Shown one piece after another: positions 43,104-54,805 of a stretch of DNA of 64,000 nt (positions are counted from its first letter, which is position 1; the number at the start of each line of letters is the position of its first letter). The stretch spans positions 107,880,001 to 107,944,000 of the forward strand of contig CM097885.1 of assembly GCA_044892525.1 (NCBI GenBank), in the 5' to 3' direction. The DNA comes from Schmidtea polychroa (lineage: Eukaryota). The notes below the pieces were generated by a model, which worked only from the letters and a program-made list of their open reading frames with translations, was not told where the DNA came from and did not search any database. The position numbers and the translations under genes were made by a program.

Positions 43104-45052
43104 CATTTTGGAAAACTATGATGATCTCACCAAAGTAAACCATCAAAAGTCATGTAAGCTGACTAGAAGTCCAGAAATTGTAAAGTATATAATTATAAAA
43201 TTATAAAATTATATAAAAAAATTATATAAATTATATAAAATAATATAAAGTTATATAAAATTATATAATTATAAATCCTAAAGTATAAAAACCTAAAATC
43301 GTGAATTATTGTAAACTTCAAAATATATAATTATAAATTAGAAGACCTAAATCCCTAAATGGTAAAACATAAAATTATACTACCATTATTATTATTATTA
43401 ACACTATTATTATTATTATTGTCACTAAGGTTATCATCATTATTACTATTATTATTAGTATTGCTGTTANNNNNNNNNNNNNNNNNNNNNNNNNNNNNNN
43501 NNNNNNNNNNNNNNNNNNNNNNNNNNNNNNNNNNNNNNNNNNNNNNNNNNNNNNNNNNNNNNNNNNNNNNNNNNNNNNNNNNNNNNNNNNNNNNNNNNNN
43601 NNNNNNNNNNNNNNNNNNNNNNNNNNNNNNNNNNNNNNNNNNNAATTATTAATCTTATTTCATAAAAATAAAATTATAAAACAAATTATTGATTTTGGGA
43701 TTCCCCTATCTCTAAATTTAGTTTTAATGGCCCTATCTTCCAATAAAATTACAGAAAATCAAAAAAAAATCTATTTTTAGTAACACCGCCCCTGCAAACG
43801 ACATCAATATTATTAATTTAAATTATATCCATATATGTATGCAGGTGTGGGTGTATATGTATATATATGTGAATGTGTGTATGTATATCCAGATTTATAA
43901 AACAACCTTACAATAATACGATAACCTCCAAGACCCATGTTATATAATGGCCACAACCCCTTTAAGGTAATAGCATGAAGAAAAATAATTTACTAAAGCA
44001 ATTTATTAAAATAATTTATTAAAATTATTAGATTTATTTTCAACTCAAATCAAAAAGAGACTAAATTTATTAATTTCAATCACTAAATTTCTGACAAAAT
44101 TAGGTTCAAATCAAATCAAAAGACGAGACTCAATTGTAAACTAAGTTTATTAATTTCAATCACCAAATTTATTTACATCATGGTTTCTTTGAATCATATT
44201 CATGCCAAAGTCCTTCGAGTACAGTTGATGGACCAGCCCAATGAAATACATCTCCTGGGGTTGGAAAGCTTTTGGGTGATTCCTTACTTTCCCCTTCAGG
44301 TCTTTTCTTTTCTTGGTTCAATGACTTGCATATTGCTTTGATGTAATAATGTTAGATGGTCAACTATATTCCTTGCATCTCTTTTGAGTGGTCATTGTCA
44401 GGTAATTCCGCCAGGAAAATTAGTTGGTGGAACTGACCTTGGGGCAACCAAGTCTTCATACCTCATCGAATTGTTATAAACCCGACTACTAAGGAAATCT
44501 CTGAATTTTCTCGTTGATGTTGTCGGCGATCTTTGCTCATCAGGGGTGTCATGATACGTTGTTGGTCAAAGGTGATTGTTTCGGGAGTTCGGCCGACTAC
44601 TGATATTACTGAAATATTATTAAAAAGTTTATGATATAAATATTTAATATTTTAATTTATTTACATTATTATATCGAAATTAACTAAAAATTATATACTT
44701 ATTCGAAATTTACTATTTACCATTAATTGTAATTACAATAATAAAACAACGAAAATTTAAATAATGTTAAATGACTTTGACAAAACCAAAAGTGATAATG
44801 AAATCAAAATTCCATTACTCTATTTAAATTATTAGTTACCAACTTTTTCTATTGGATAAAATTCCTTCTAATTTAATTAATTAAAAATCATATCGGTAAA
44901 TTAAATCGAAAAATTCATGTTAAAAGTATTCATATTAATTTTAGTAAAATTAGTAGTTAAAGTATTATTTATTTTTCTTGGTATATTTTATCATAACGTC
45001 AATTTGTAAGCCACATTGGCGATGCGCGGGTCTTAATATTTATAATACAGGC

Positions 45053-45417
45053 ATGTCCCAATCAGACGATTACAGTGATGAAGAAACCCACCGGCAAATG
45101 ATGACCCGGATCCGTACGCGGTATATTTGGTACCGCATCCACGACTGGAATCGTGGATTGGACCTTGACAACTTTGGCCCGTTATCAGAAGTGGCCCGGA
45201 ACCGGATGCCCCGGCATGGGTGAAGACGGAGCCGGAGAACAACACACTCCGAGAGGCCCGGGATCAAGCAGCCAGTGATGTGGAAGCCGCTCAGATCCGG
45301 CTGAAGCAAATAGAATTGCAAATTTGAGCCAAGAGAGAGGGAGTATCCCTGGAAGAACTCGAGGAGGCCGAGACAACTCCACGAAAGAGAGGAAGGCCCC
45401 GCAAGCATGCCGTGTGA
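45053..45417 (+). pseudogene. Cargo ORF-A1 (paralogue of 50551-51033): coiled coil plus C-terminal AT-hook, disrupted
   Basis: The N-half WYRIHDW matches WYKIHDW. After a frameshift near 45170 it reads KTEPENNTLREARDQAASDVEAAQIRLKQIE (matches KVEPYLNHAS...DAIDRLHRLE), then a premature TGA at 45325, then TPRKRGRPRK. Confidence 0.7.
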
Positions 45418-45684
45418 TTATGGGATGACAATTTACTTGACTATTTTATTTGTATATGAACTAAATAATAGAAGTTGTCGGTGTTTAATTCATTTTCATT
45501 TGTACATTAGTTAAATATGAGTAGTCGTCGGGTGTTTATTCTCGAGTAAAATATCTTCCTTTTGTTCTGTAAATCACTTGATAGATGGAGGAGTTGTAGA
45601 GATGCCCTAGTAGAAAGCGTTACTATTAATTCATTAATTTTACTACTTATTTGTTTAAATTTTCCTTGAGCGTAATCGGTACTA

Positions 45685-46170
45685 ATGAAATTCCTTTTAG
45701 TGTACAAATTAATGGAGAATCTACGTAAAGATCGGGAGCAGGCCCAACAACAAGCCGACGAACTCCGAGTCCGAGGGAATAAGTTGAAAAGGAAATGTCG
45801 GGAGCTCGGGGGGACCTGGTTTAGTCCCGAGGCAATGAAAAAGAAAACAGCTCAGATTCTCCAACTGCAGACACAAGCAAATCAAGACCAAATGGAGATC
45901 CGCGCCCTGAAATTGCAGGTGCGGGCACTCGAAACCGAGCGTAATGAACAATTTATCCAGGAAGCCGTGGCACGACAAATACGGCCGCTGACCGTTGAAC
46001 TCGCAACAATATATCCTCCAGCCGCGGAAGGTAAACCCAAACGAAAGCGGCTTGGACGGAACATTCGGGAGAAGTTAAAAAAGGCCAGATTGGCCGAGTT
46101 CGAACGGCAAGCAAATTCATCGCAAGCGTCTACGACGGGGTTGGCCAGCTCTACCAACAAGCCGATTTGA
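45685..46170 (+). CDS. Cargo ORF-B1: coiled-coil protein with a basic C-terminal patch, unknown function
   Basis: GC-rich ORF homologous over its whole length to 51450-51914 (DREQAQ, CR..xTWF, QLQ, QDQ.E.RAL, IRPL). Homology starts right after a shared TTTAG/TG acceptor, so the true 5' end may be spliced. Confidence 0.75.
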   Translation: MKFLLVYKLMENLRKDREQAQQQADELRVRGNKLKRKCRELGGTWFSPEAMKKKTAQILQLQTQANQDQMEIRALKLQVRALETERNEQFIQEAVARQIRPLTVELATIYPPAAEGKPKRKRLGRNIREKLKKARLAEFERQANSSQASTTGLASSTNKPI

Positions 46171-49100
46171 ACCTGTATTCTGTTTTATATATTTCTGTAG
46201 TATGCCTTGTATATTTGTGTAGCATTAAAATAATAAATATTCTTGTGGTGTTAAAATAGTAATTTTTAGTATCAAATAATGTCTGATATATTTTATGATT
46301 GTGTTGGGCTAGAACTGATTTCTAGACCCAAACTTCTAATTGTGACTGGAATGCGTAGGTACACAGCATGCAAAAAGCAAAAAGTATAGTTAAATATTAA
46401 AAACTACACCAAATAACCAATGTAATTAAAGGAAAAAAACAACAAAAACCTAAAACACAGAAATTAAATAAAATTATACAAAAACAAGAAGTTATGCAAA
46501 ATCTAACTCAAAATAGCCAAATAAACACAGAGTTACAAAAAACAAACTCGAATAACTTAAAAGATGGTAAAAGTAGCAAAAAATTCCAGAAAAACCCAGA
46601 ACATTCCATAAAAATGGCGATGACCATCATAAAAGCTACCTTAAACAATAAAATTTAGAAAAATAAATAAATTAGTATTAAAAATAAAATTTCTTAAAAA
46701 GAAATTCGTAAAATATCAGTTAAAAATAAAAATTGAATTAAAAGTAATATGGAATGTTCTGGAACCGTTCCAAATCCATCATGGAGGAAAAATTAGCAAA
46801 AAATATTTAGGAAATAAAATTTTAAAAATAAAAATAAAAATTATGACGCAAAAATCGCCATTAAAAATATCAAAATTACAAAATAGAAACTTCTGGAATA
46901 AAAAGAATTCGAGTTTGTTTTAATGCATCAATACATACACGTGTACAAAATAGGTATATATACCGACGCATTTTGGTCACAATTTAATCTTTTTATGCCA
47001 AAATTTTTCTTGAAAAATTCGGAACCCACTAATAGTAAGGACGATTGATTAATTTTATCATGATTGTTATTTAATTTATAATTGTTATTTTATTATTTGT
47101 GATTTCATTTCATTATATTGATTAACTTTTTGTTTTTTTTGTTTAATCTTACTATTACGAAATAAGAGTGAACAGCATTGTGAACGGGTTATAGTCACTA
47201 TACTGGTCAGCCTTGTTTCCAATTTAAAGACTACATGCACCATTTTTGGGTCTACGACCCCACATGCATGAAATATAAACCCCTTTTATTAACCGGAGGT
47301 CGCCACGAACTAATGGTTCTAACCAGGAGTAGGGCGGTAAACCCATACCGGTAGTTGGCATAGTCATAGGGACTATGCGGACGAAATAAACTTCGGGAAA
47401 GTAATCGCGGGAAACATACTACAATAAGGCCTATCGTACCGTATCCAGTTGGGTCGGGAAAGTAGGAAAATTTTAATTAATTTGACTTTTCAGTAAACAA
47501 CATACCAAAAATCAACACTTAATTCTGATATAGGAAACAGACCACTAGGATCATCTAAACGGGAAATATCCCAGACTCAAATTAATATAGGGACTTTCGG
47601 TAGTCGGCTAATTGCTTAAACTCATATCTGATATTAACTAAATTTAGTATTGTTATTCATAATTTTGTTTAATGTATTTTGGTTCACGATCAATAAATAT
47701 TTTATAAATCCCTCAACAATTTTTATTGCCTTTATGCATATCGAAATGTAAATGATATAAAATCTTCAAAGAAAATTTTGAGTCCTAATAATACTATCCA
47801 TTTGGGTGCCCTTACTACTATCATGCTTGGTTTTCTAACATTACCTTAGTTAAGGGTATATCCTTGCCATATAATGGCATATATAAGTATATTAAACTTT
47901 CTTAATACATATTTACCTTATGTTTAGAAAAGGATAAATTATAGATTTTCTCAAATGACCCCGGCATATATATATACCACCCAAATGTCCTAAAGGAACC
48001 TATTTTAATGTATAGTTTTAGATAGTGATATGTTCAAATGATAATTTAGCAATTCCCATCCTTAGGATCCTTATTATTATTAATTATTATTATTAATTTC
48101 CAAAAATGTATTATCTTATGGAAGTATATAGGAGTATACAGTTCCCTTAAAGTATATTTAACTTATATTAGGTTCAGAGAAAGCTAAATCACAACTTTCT
48201 TAAATGACCCCCCCCCCCCGAAATATACCTTCATTAACCGTTGTGCCCTATTATTATTATTATTATCATCTCCATCATTCTTACTAATATTATTGTTACA
48301 ACGAGCATTATTATTAATATATTTCGTGTTAGTATTATTACTATTAATTTAATATTGCTATTACAATGAGTATTATTATTATTACTATTAATTTAATATT
48401 GTTATTACAATGGGTATTATTGTAAAAATATNNNNNNNNNNNNNNNNNNNNNNNNNNNNNNNNNNNNNNNNNNNNNNNNNNNNNNNNNNNNNNNNNNNNN
48501 NNNNNNNNNNNNNNNNNNNNNNNNNNNNNNNNNNNNNNNNNNNNNNNNNNNNNNNNNNNNNNNNNNNNNNNNTTATGGTTATTCTTATTAANNNNNNNNN
48601 NNNNNNNNNNNNNNNNNNNNNNNNNNNNNNNNNNNNNNNNNNNNNNNNNNNNNNNNNNNNNNNNNNNNNNNNNNNNNNNNNNNNNNNNNNNNNNNNNNNN
48701 NNNNNNNNNNNNNNNNNNNNNNNNNNNNNNNTTATCCTTATCATTAGTATTCTTATAATAATTATCATTATTATTACTGTTAGGATTATTATTGTAGTTA
48801 CTATCACTGTTGTCATTATTATTATTATTAGGATGATCATTATTAATGTTCTTGATATTACTGTTTTAGTGCTATTACCATTAACACTTCCACTCTTATC
48901 ATTGCCACTATTATTATCACTACCCTTGTCATTGCGTTGTTAATTAATTATTACAAATTTTTTTAATTAGCAATTTGGGATCCCCCTATGGCTGAAATTA
49001 ATCGCAAGAACCCTACCTTGTTACTATATAACCTACTTCAACAAATATACTGATTTCCCTAATGTTACTAAAAATAGAACCGATATTATCGATTTCCTGT

Positions 49101-49599
49101 TCCTTATATAAAATGCAGCCAATAAAACTGATCCTATTTATGGAAACAACCCTGCAAATTAAGGGAACCCTCGCCGAGTCTACCCTAACCATCTAAATAG
49201 ACGAGACATACATACTCATAGACGAGCCAATCAACATCAGCTAAGACAGCAGGAACTCTAACCTTCATGTAAAACCCATGACACCCCAGCAGATTTAACC
49301 CTGGTACCCCAGAAGTAGATCCCATACATACCAGAAAGGACAAGGGATATTTTCCCCAAGAGCGACTGCTTAAGCTGGAATGTATACCCGGTACAACTAT
49401 AAACTAAGAATAATGAGGAGCATATATTATAGTTATAACTGCTAATTACTTAAAATGAAAAACAGAAAAAACTAACAACATTGTTTAATAACTATTCCTT
49501 TACGCAAAATAAATTATTTACTTAAATACAACAAAAGCGAAATATCATTTAATGAAATCAAACATTTATTTAATAAATCATTTTAGCCATTATAAAGTC

Positions 49600-49999
49600 T
49601 CACTGATGATGTGGAAGGGTGAATGGAAGGAGAGCCACTCTTAATTCCTTCAAGTGCAAAATTTTTTTTTTCTTAAATTCCCACGGCCTAGCTCCAAATT
49701 TGAAATGAAAAATTTCCATCTGAACTCCTCATAAATTGAGCATGTCGGCATATATTGGGCCACTGCCAAATAATATTATATCGCATACATTATCCGAGGG
49801 AAACGTCATGCCCAAAACGGAGGTTTTGGGAAATCCAGATCTGAAATAAACGAACTTAACAAGATCTAAATTTGATTTACCCATTAATTAGCAGTAGATG
49901 ATTTAGCCACCTACAACCACTATGGTCAAGGATTGTGAGGAGCCGAAATAAATTCGGACAGTTAACAATGCCGTTTTCCATAGTGGGTCTTAGTAGCAT
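49600..49999 (-). pseudogene. Possible spliced minus-strand cargo gene (40-nt intron 49841-49880, one internal TGA)
   Basis: Removing GTAAAT...TTTCAG joins MLLRPTMENG...LLING to SGFPKTSVLG...; the frame stays open past a single TGA at 49729-49731 to 49600. No recognisable family. Confidence 0.35.
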
Positions 50000-50550
50000 A
50001 ATTTTGATTGAAAAGGAAATTTTTTTTTTAAAAAAGGAAATTATTATGGAATAATAAATTAACCTTTTAATTGAGATAAACAAACTCATTCGAATAGGTA
50101 ATTCTAATTTAATTTACGAAATTCAAATTTTTCAGTTAATTGATTCATATCAAATATTTATTTTAATTCAACTTATGCAATTTTATTCAAATATCAAATA
50201 TTTATTTTAATTTAATTTATGCAATTTCTTTCAAATATTTACTTTAATGCGAAATTGTCTACCTTAATTTTGCCCTACCCCCCTTAAGTTGATAACCTAA
50301 GTCACCAATCTGAAATGTAGGAACTTGATTTAATTTAGCAATCTGGAACCAATTTATTGAATTGGGTATATGGACCAAATATAGAAATAAATTTATAAAC
50401 TAATTTACGTTGCCTAGAAATCATGGTCTGTTGAATTGGTTGTGTGTCATGCGTGTACATAAATTGTAACGAGGTATTTGGATGTTTTGGAGTGATCAAA
50501 CGTAACAGAAGTGTAAGGATTTGTTCTAATATTTTGGTTATATTACAGTC

Positions 50551-51033
50551 ATGCCCAACACCAGGTCAAGGAATATGCAGGCCGGCCCCTCATCAGTCGA
50601 TTCGAGCCTAGAAATTACCGGCGAGGAAGCAGACGAAGCCGTCCGATTGAGAGAGGACGCAGAAATCGCCCGGCTACGGTCCAGGTGGGTCTGGTACAAG
50701 ATCCATGATTGGACTTACCAGAACGTGATCCCCGTAATTCCGAAGGTGGAGCCTTACCTCAACCACGCGTCGTTAGCCTTGATCGACGCTTTTGACGAAG
50801 TGACGGATGCGATAGACCGATTACACCGGCTCGAGAAAGCGACTCTGGCTGGCGAGGTAGAAGACTGCGACGGCTACGCTCGAGCCCAATGTCACCCGAA
50901 ACGGACCGCGGCTCTTCAGCGTGGATTAAAATACCCAAGACGGCCTCAACGAGGACCAGGACGACCAAGGACACGCGGACACACGCGAACGTCCACCCGC
51001 TCGACCAAGGAGAGCGCGGGATTTGGAGAGTAG
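50551..51033 (+). CDS. Cargo ORF-A2: 160 aa, acidic N-terminus, coiled coil, basic tail with a GRPR (AT-hook-like) motif
   Basis: Intact GC-rich ORF. Its ATG follows a TACAG acceptor plus 2 nt, exactly as in ORF-A1. Confidence 0.75.
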   Translation: MPNTRSRNMQAGPSSVDSSLEITGEEADEAVRLREDAEIARLRSRWVWYKIHDWTYQNVIPVIPKVEPYLNHASLALIDAFDEVTDAIDRLHRLEKATLAGEVEDCDGYARAQCHPKRTAALQRGLKYPRRPQRGPGRPRTRGHTRTSTRSTKESAGFGE

Positions 51034-51449
51034 GCGGAAAACTCGGGATCAAAACTAATCATTTTGTGCTGACCTCAGTGTCGGGTGTATTAGGTGATAT
51101 TATGTACTGGATTAAACCTCTTTAATCCAGGATTGAATAAAATATGTTAGGCCTTAACAGTTCATCATAATTATTTAATGTTTGTTTGTGTCTTGATGGT
51201 CGGTGACAACTTAATGGGGTGGATTGTTTGAATTTTTGCAATGTCCATGACGTGGAATATCGTCATTGTTGACTACACATTTCTATAGCGACAACAACCC
51301 TATAGGTTGAGTAAGATAAATAGGTCTCGGTCTTGGGGCGCGCGTAGCGAAGGACTACGACGAGGGGATTACTTTCTTTTAGCCTTAATGCCCATAATAA
51401 TGTTCGACCCTCGATGTCGATGTAAAATCATTGATCTTACCTTTGTTTA

Positions 51450-51914
51450 GTGCAGAAACTCTTGGAAGAGATGCGAGCTGATAGGGAACAGGCACAACGA
51501 CAGGTAGACGAATACCGGACCAAGTTGACCCGAGTCAAGACCCACTGTCGGAACTTCGAGTGCACCTGGTTCCCACCAGCGGAGATGAAGAAGAGGATGA
51601 AGTTGATCACCCAACTGCAACTTCAGAATGCTCAAGACCAGATTGAGTTGCGGGCCCTCCGCTTAAGGGTGAGGGAACTGGAAGCCAAGGTGCATCAACA
51701 GGAGCTGGAGCGAGAGGTCATTGCCAAGATCCGGCCTTTAGATGAGTTGCTCCATCGACCAAAAGAACCTGCCCCCACAATAGTAACCCCAAGGAAGAAG
51801 ATTCGGCCGGGAAAAGCGGCACGAGCGAGGATGAGGCAGGCCAGCCAGGCCCAATTAGCTCTCCATGCTACTGAATCAGAGGCTACGCCAAGAGAACCGA
51901 CCAGCACACGATAA
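51450..51914 (+). CDS. Cargo ORF-B2: coiled-coil protein with a basic C-terminal patch, unknown function
   Basis: Paralogue of 45685-46170 with amino acids conserved despite many synonymous differences; begins at a TTTAG/TG acceptor. Confidence 0.75.
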   Translation: MQKLLEEMRADREQAQRQVDEYRTKLTRVKTHCRNFECTWFPPAEMKKRMKLITQLQLQNAQDQIELRALRLRVRELEAKVHQQELEREVIAKIRPLDELLHRPKEPAPTIVTPRKKIRPGKAARARMRQASQAQLALHATESEATPREPTSTR

Positions 51915-52027
51915 GCGATTCATGTTGTCAAAATAAATCTTCACAGTGCGTCCATAGCGGGCATTTTGATTTCCTTTTATTATAATGTTAATTGTTGTAA
52001 CGGGGACGAAAAGAAATCGGAAATAGG

Positions 52028-52235
52028 CCTTCTAACGGCAGTCCGTGAACCCCAGTGGGTGCTAGACAATTATAGTATGTTAAGCATGCTCACTTTTTGC
52101 TAGTGCCCAAACCCTTGATACAGTACCAACGTTGATTGCTCAACGGGTATCAAGTGGTCAGCTATAAATTGTATCCTGGGTTACGCTGGAAACAGCATGA
52201 GGAGGTAAAAAGATTTACAGTACCTGTAACCCACC
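52028..52235 (+). ncRNA. Candidate multi-helix structured RNA, copy 1
   Basis: Helices GGGTGCTAG/CTAGTGCCC, CTTGATAC/GTATCAAG, CGTTGA/TCAACG, GGGTTAC/GTAACCC and GCTG-GAAA-CAGC; compensatory changes relative to the other copies. Confidence 0.6.
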
Positions 52236-52313
52236 AATTGCCTGAGAAATGAGAGTTTGTGCGTAAGGTTGGGGAAACAATTTAGATAAGGGACCTGAGA
52301 AATCGGACACACA

Positions 52314-52515
52314 CCTTCTAACGGTAGTCCGTGAACCCATAGAGTACTCGACAATTATAGTGCCTTGATGCGCTCACTTTTTGCGAGTACTCAAACCTTG
52401 GTACAGTACCAACGTTGATTTCTCAACGGGTGCCAAGCGGAACAACAATGTTGTATCCTGGGTTACGCTGATAACAGCATAAAATCGTAATTAATCGACC
52501 ACCAGTAACCCACCA
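52314..52515 (+). ncRNA. Candidate multi-helix structured RNA, copy 2
   Basis: Same architecture with GAGTACTCG/CGAGTACTC, CTTGGTAC/GTGCCAAG and GCTG-ATAA-CAGC. Confidence 0.6.
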
Positions 52516-52599
52516 GTTTTCTATGTGTTGTACACAATTTTTTGTTCACTTTATTTTTATTAGTACTTCCTTGCCTAATAAAATATAATTGAAGAATTA

Positions 52600-54600
52600 A
52601 AATTAAAACTAAATAAAATATGATAGACTAAGTTACGTAAATTTTTGAAATATTGGTTTTAGTTAATTATTTAGGATTTTTCTGATATACAAAGGTTATT
52701 TATGTGATTAATGGCTTTTTGGTATTCTTTATCCAAAGGTTTTATTGGGTAGATTTCAACGAAAATCTAAAAATGAAGATAATTGATTTCATTGCATATA
52801 TTTCACATTAATGATGCTATCATGATAATAAGATCCACTTTGTTAGTATAAGTCATACTTTTATTTAAAATTTTCCAAGTATTTTTTAACATAGAAAAAT
52901 AATTTTGAACTCTAACTTAGCCTCCCCTTCCCTCCGGCCATTTAGGATTTTTCAAAAATTCGGCTGTCCTTTTAACAAAGAACTTTTATAGATTTTTCGT
53001 TTTAAAGGAATTTTTTTTATTTTATGATCATAATAGGGTCGTGTGTACTCTACATTATGGTTCTATTCGATGGTTCAACCAAGGTAGGTGAGTCAAAACT
53101 TTCAAATGGTAAAAAATTTTGATTTTCTTAAACATGATTTAAAGATCGACACCATCATGGAGAACATGTTGGATCATAACTTACAAGGTTTCAAAAACGT
53201 TGACATTTATTAAATTAATTAAAAGTAAATAAAATATAAAAATCATAAAATAAAATAAATGATAAATTATAAAAATTCGCCTTCATATGTGATAAAAGTT
53301 AAAATTCACAATTAAAAATAAGTGTCCAATTAAATTAAAATAATTCAAATTTTCTTTACTGAATCAGTGCACGCACACATATTCACACACCAAAATGAAA
53401 CAATATATAATCCAACGCATTTCAGTTATAATTTAATGCTGAAATTTTGGGTAAACCAAATTTTTCAATTAGCACTCGTGAAAATCGAAATTATGTATGG
53501 AAGTAAGGAATTTTTCTTTGTATGTCATGTTATGATTCAATTATATAACGAAATTATAGATTCTGGTTTTTGTTTTCACTTTTTATTAAAATGAAATCAC
53601 TTTCAATGGTTAAAATCAAACACCTTTTTCGCCCCACAGTTACTAGATGAAACTGCAAGTCAGTAAAATGAAAGCATATCTTGACCTACGATGAGGGAGG
53701 CATTTCTACTGTACTGTTAATCGGTAACTTCTTGTAATGGGTAACCCTAACCCTAACGCCCCGGTGTCTACAACTGGAAAGATCGTGCGTGTCCGTACCA
53801 TGCTCACTAAAGGGAAAATGAGTAACCACGTAACGTCAACCGCCAAGGTCAATTTATATAGGAGATCGGGAATTAAGTCGAGCTTTATAGTTCGGTAGTG
53901 ATTCTGTTGAGGTTATAAAATAATTAAAAGTAAAATTAAATTATATTTGTAATTGAATGAATGAGAGAAGTATAAAACTGGTCAGGGAGTGAATTGAAAA
54001 CGCGAAGAAATAAAATAGGTAGAAAGGCCCGAGAAGGTACATTAAAGGGCACGTGGAGTCAGAGGTCACTGATTTGAATTAATAAATCCCAACTTTTCTA
54101 AAGGTCTTAATACATAACACTAAGTGCTCGTCACACTATTGTCCAGTGGGCCGTGTGGGACAGGCAACTTTTTTTTATTGTTATAATAATCGACTCATAG
54201 AGCACTTAGGCAACAAACCTAAATTCAGCATTTAAACTACAGTATTTTTATCTGTTAAAAGACACTAAGAGCACATTCTCCTAATATCTTGTGAGCTATG
54301 GGTAAGTAGTATCTAAACTATTATTGAATTAAACTTCTGACAAATTGCAATGAGAAATGAGCGAGAAAAATAAAATCCATCAATAATGTTAGTCAATCGA
54401 ATAGTACAAATTAAAATCATTTGTGTCAAATCATTGTGCGAAAAAAGGGCAGATCCCTGCTCAAAATTCTTGAGAGATAGTTTTAAATAACGATTATATC
54501 GGAAAAGAGTAAATAAAAATAAGGGCGGTCCATGCTCAAATTTTAATTAACGTTGAAACTTAGAACTAAACTTGCAAAAGGGCGAAATAAAGGCGGATTC
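52600..54600 (+). repeat. Strongly diverged further copy of the unit scaffold (unit E)
   Basis: CCATCATGGAG at about 53153; TTTACTGAATCAGTGCACGCA at about 53355 (head-segment tail); CGTACC...GGGAAA at about 53795; AGATCCCTGCTCAAAATT at about 54450 (matches the reverse complement of about 32520-32540). Boundaries approximate. Confidence 0.45.
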
Positions 54601-54618
54601 CCTTAAGTTGGACACAGG

Positions 54619-54805
54619 TCTTCTAACAGTAGTCCCACGCTTGGATTCTCGGCGACTAAAGTGTACCGGAGTAAGCTCACTTTTTGCGAGTATTCACCCA
54701 TTCGATACAATTCCTAATGGCTATCGAGAGGTAAAGCAATGTTGAATTCAGGATTACGCTGGAAACAGCACTGAGAGGTATAGTTTGATTACTTGTAACT
54801 TACCT
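54619..54805 (+). ncRNA. Candidate multi-helix structured RNA, copy 3 (more diverged)
   Basis: CTTCTAAC...GCTCACTTTTTGCGAGTA...TCGATA/TATCGA...GGATTAC-GCTG-GAAA-CAGC...AGGTA/TACTT-GTAAC. Confidence 0.5.

Larger units (their letters stand above)
41304..46303 (+). repeat. Modular ~5 kb unit A
   Basis: Starts at the TTGGGCTAGAACTGATTTCTAGACCCAA hairpin; the next copy starts 5000 bp later at 46304. Contains the ~690-bp head segment, an 84-bp tandem repeat, a low-complexity tract and the cargo ORF-A/ORF-B pair. Confidence 0.8.
46304..51990 (+). repeat. Modular unit B (~5.7 kb)
   Basis: Head segment clearly similar to 41304-41990; conserved block 47160-47600; ATT-rich tract; GGGATCCCC block at about 48975; intact ORF-A2 and ORF-B2. 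Confidence 0.75.

Noticed and set aside
45010-45030. LTR end plus primer-binding site (CA-T-TGGCGATG); also a possible LTR start TGTAAC at 51996
   Set aside because: The motif is not present at the equivalent position in unit B, no tRNA match can be verified, and no paired LTR was found.
3085-48943. ORFs containing X runs or poly-I/poly-N tracts (for example 3085, 15999, 22291, 23245, 23770, 30659, 43359, 48388)
   Set aside because: They span assembly gaps or ATT/AAT microsatellites and are not genes.
45672-51450. 29-nt micro-introns upstream of both ORF-B copies
   Set aside because: The equal length is suggestive, but 29 nt is very short and the upstream frame in copy 1 is closed; only the shared acceptor is reported.
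45033-51907. Minus-strand and alternative-frame ORFs overlapping ORF-A/ORF-B (45033, 45070, 45185, 45721, 45882, 50759, 50889, 51447, 51695)
   Set aside because: Expected shadow ORFs of GC-rich coding sequence; I saw no conservation between the two paralogous units.
53742-53757. Telomeric (CCCTAA)n seed
   Set aside because: Only two units; not distinguishable from chance.
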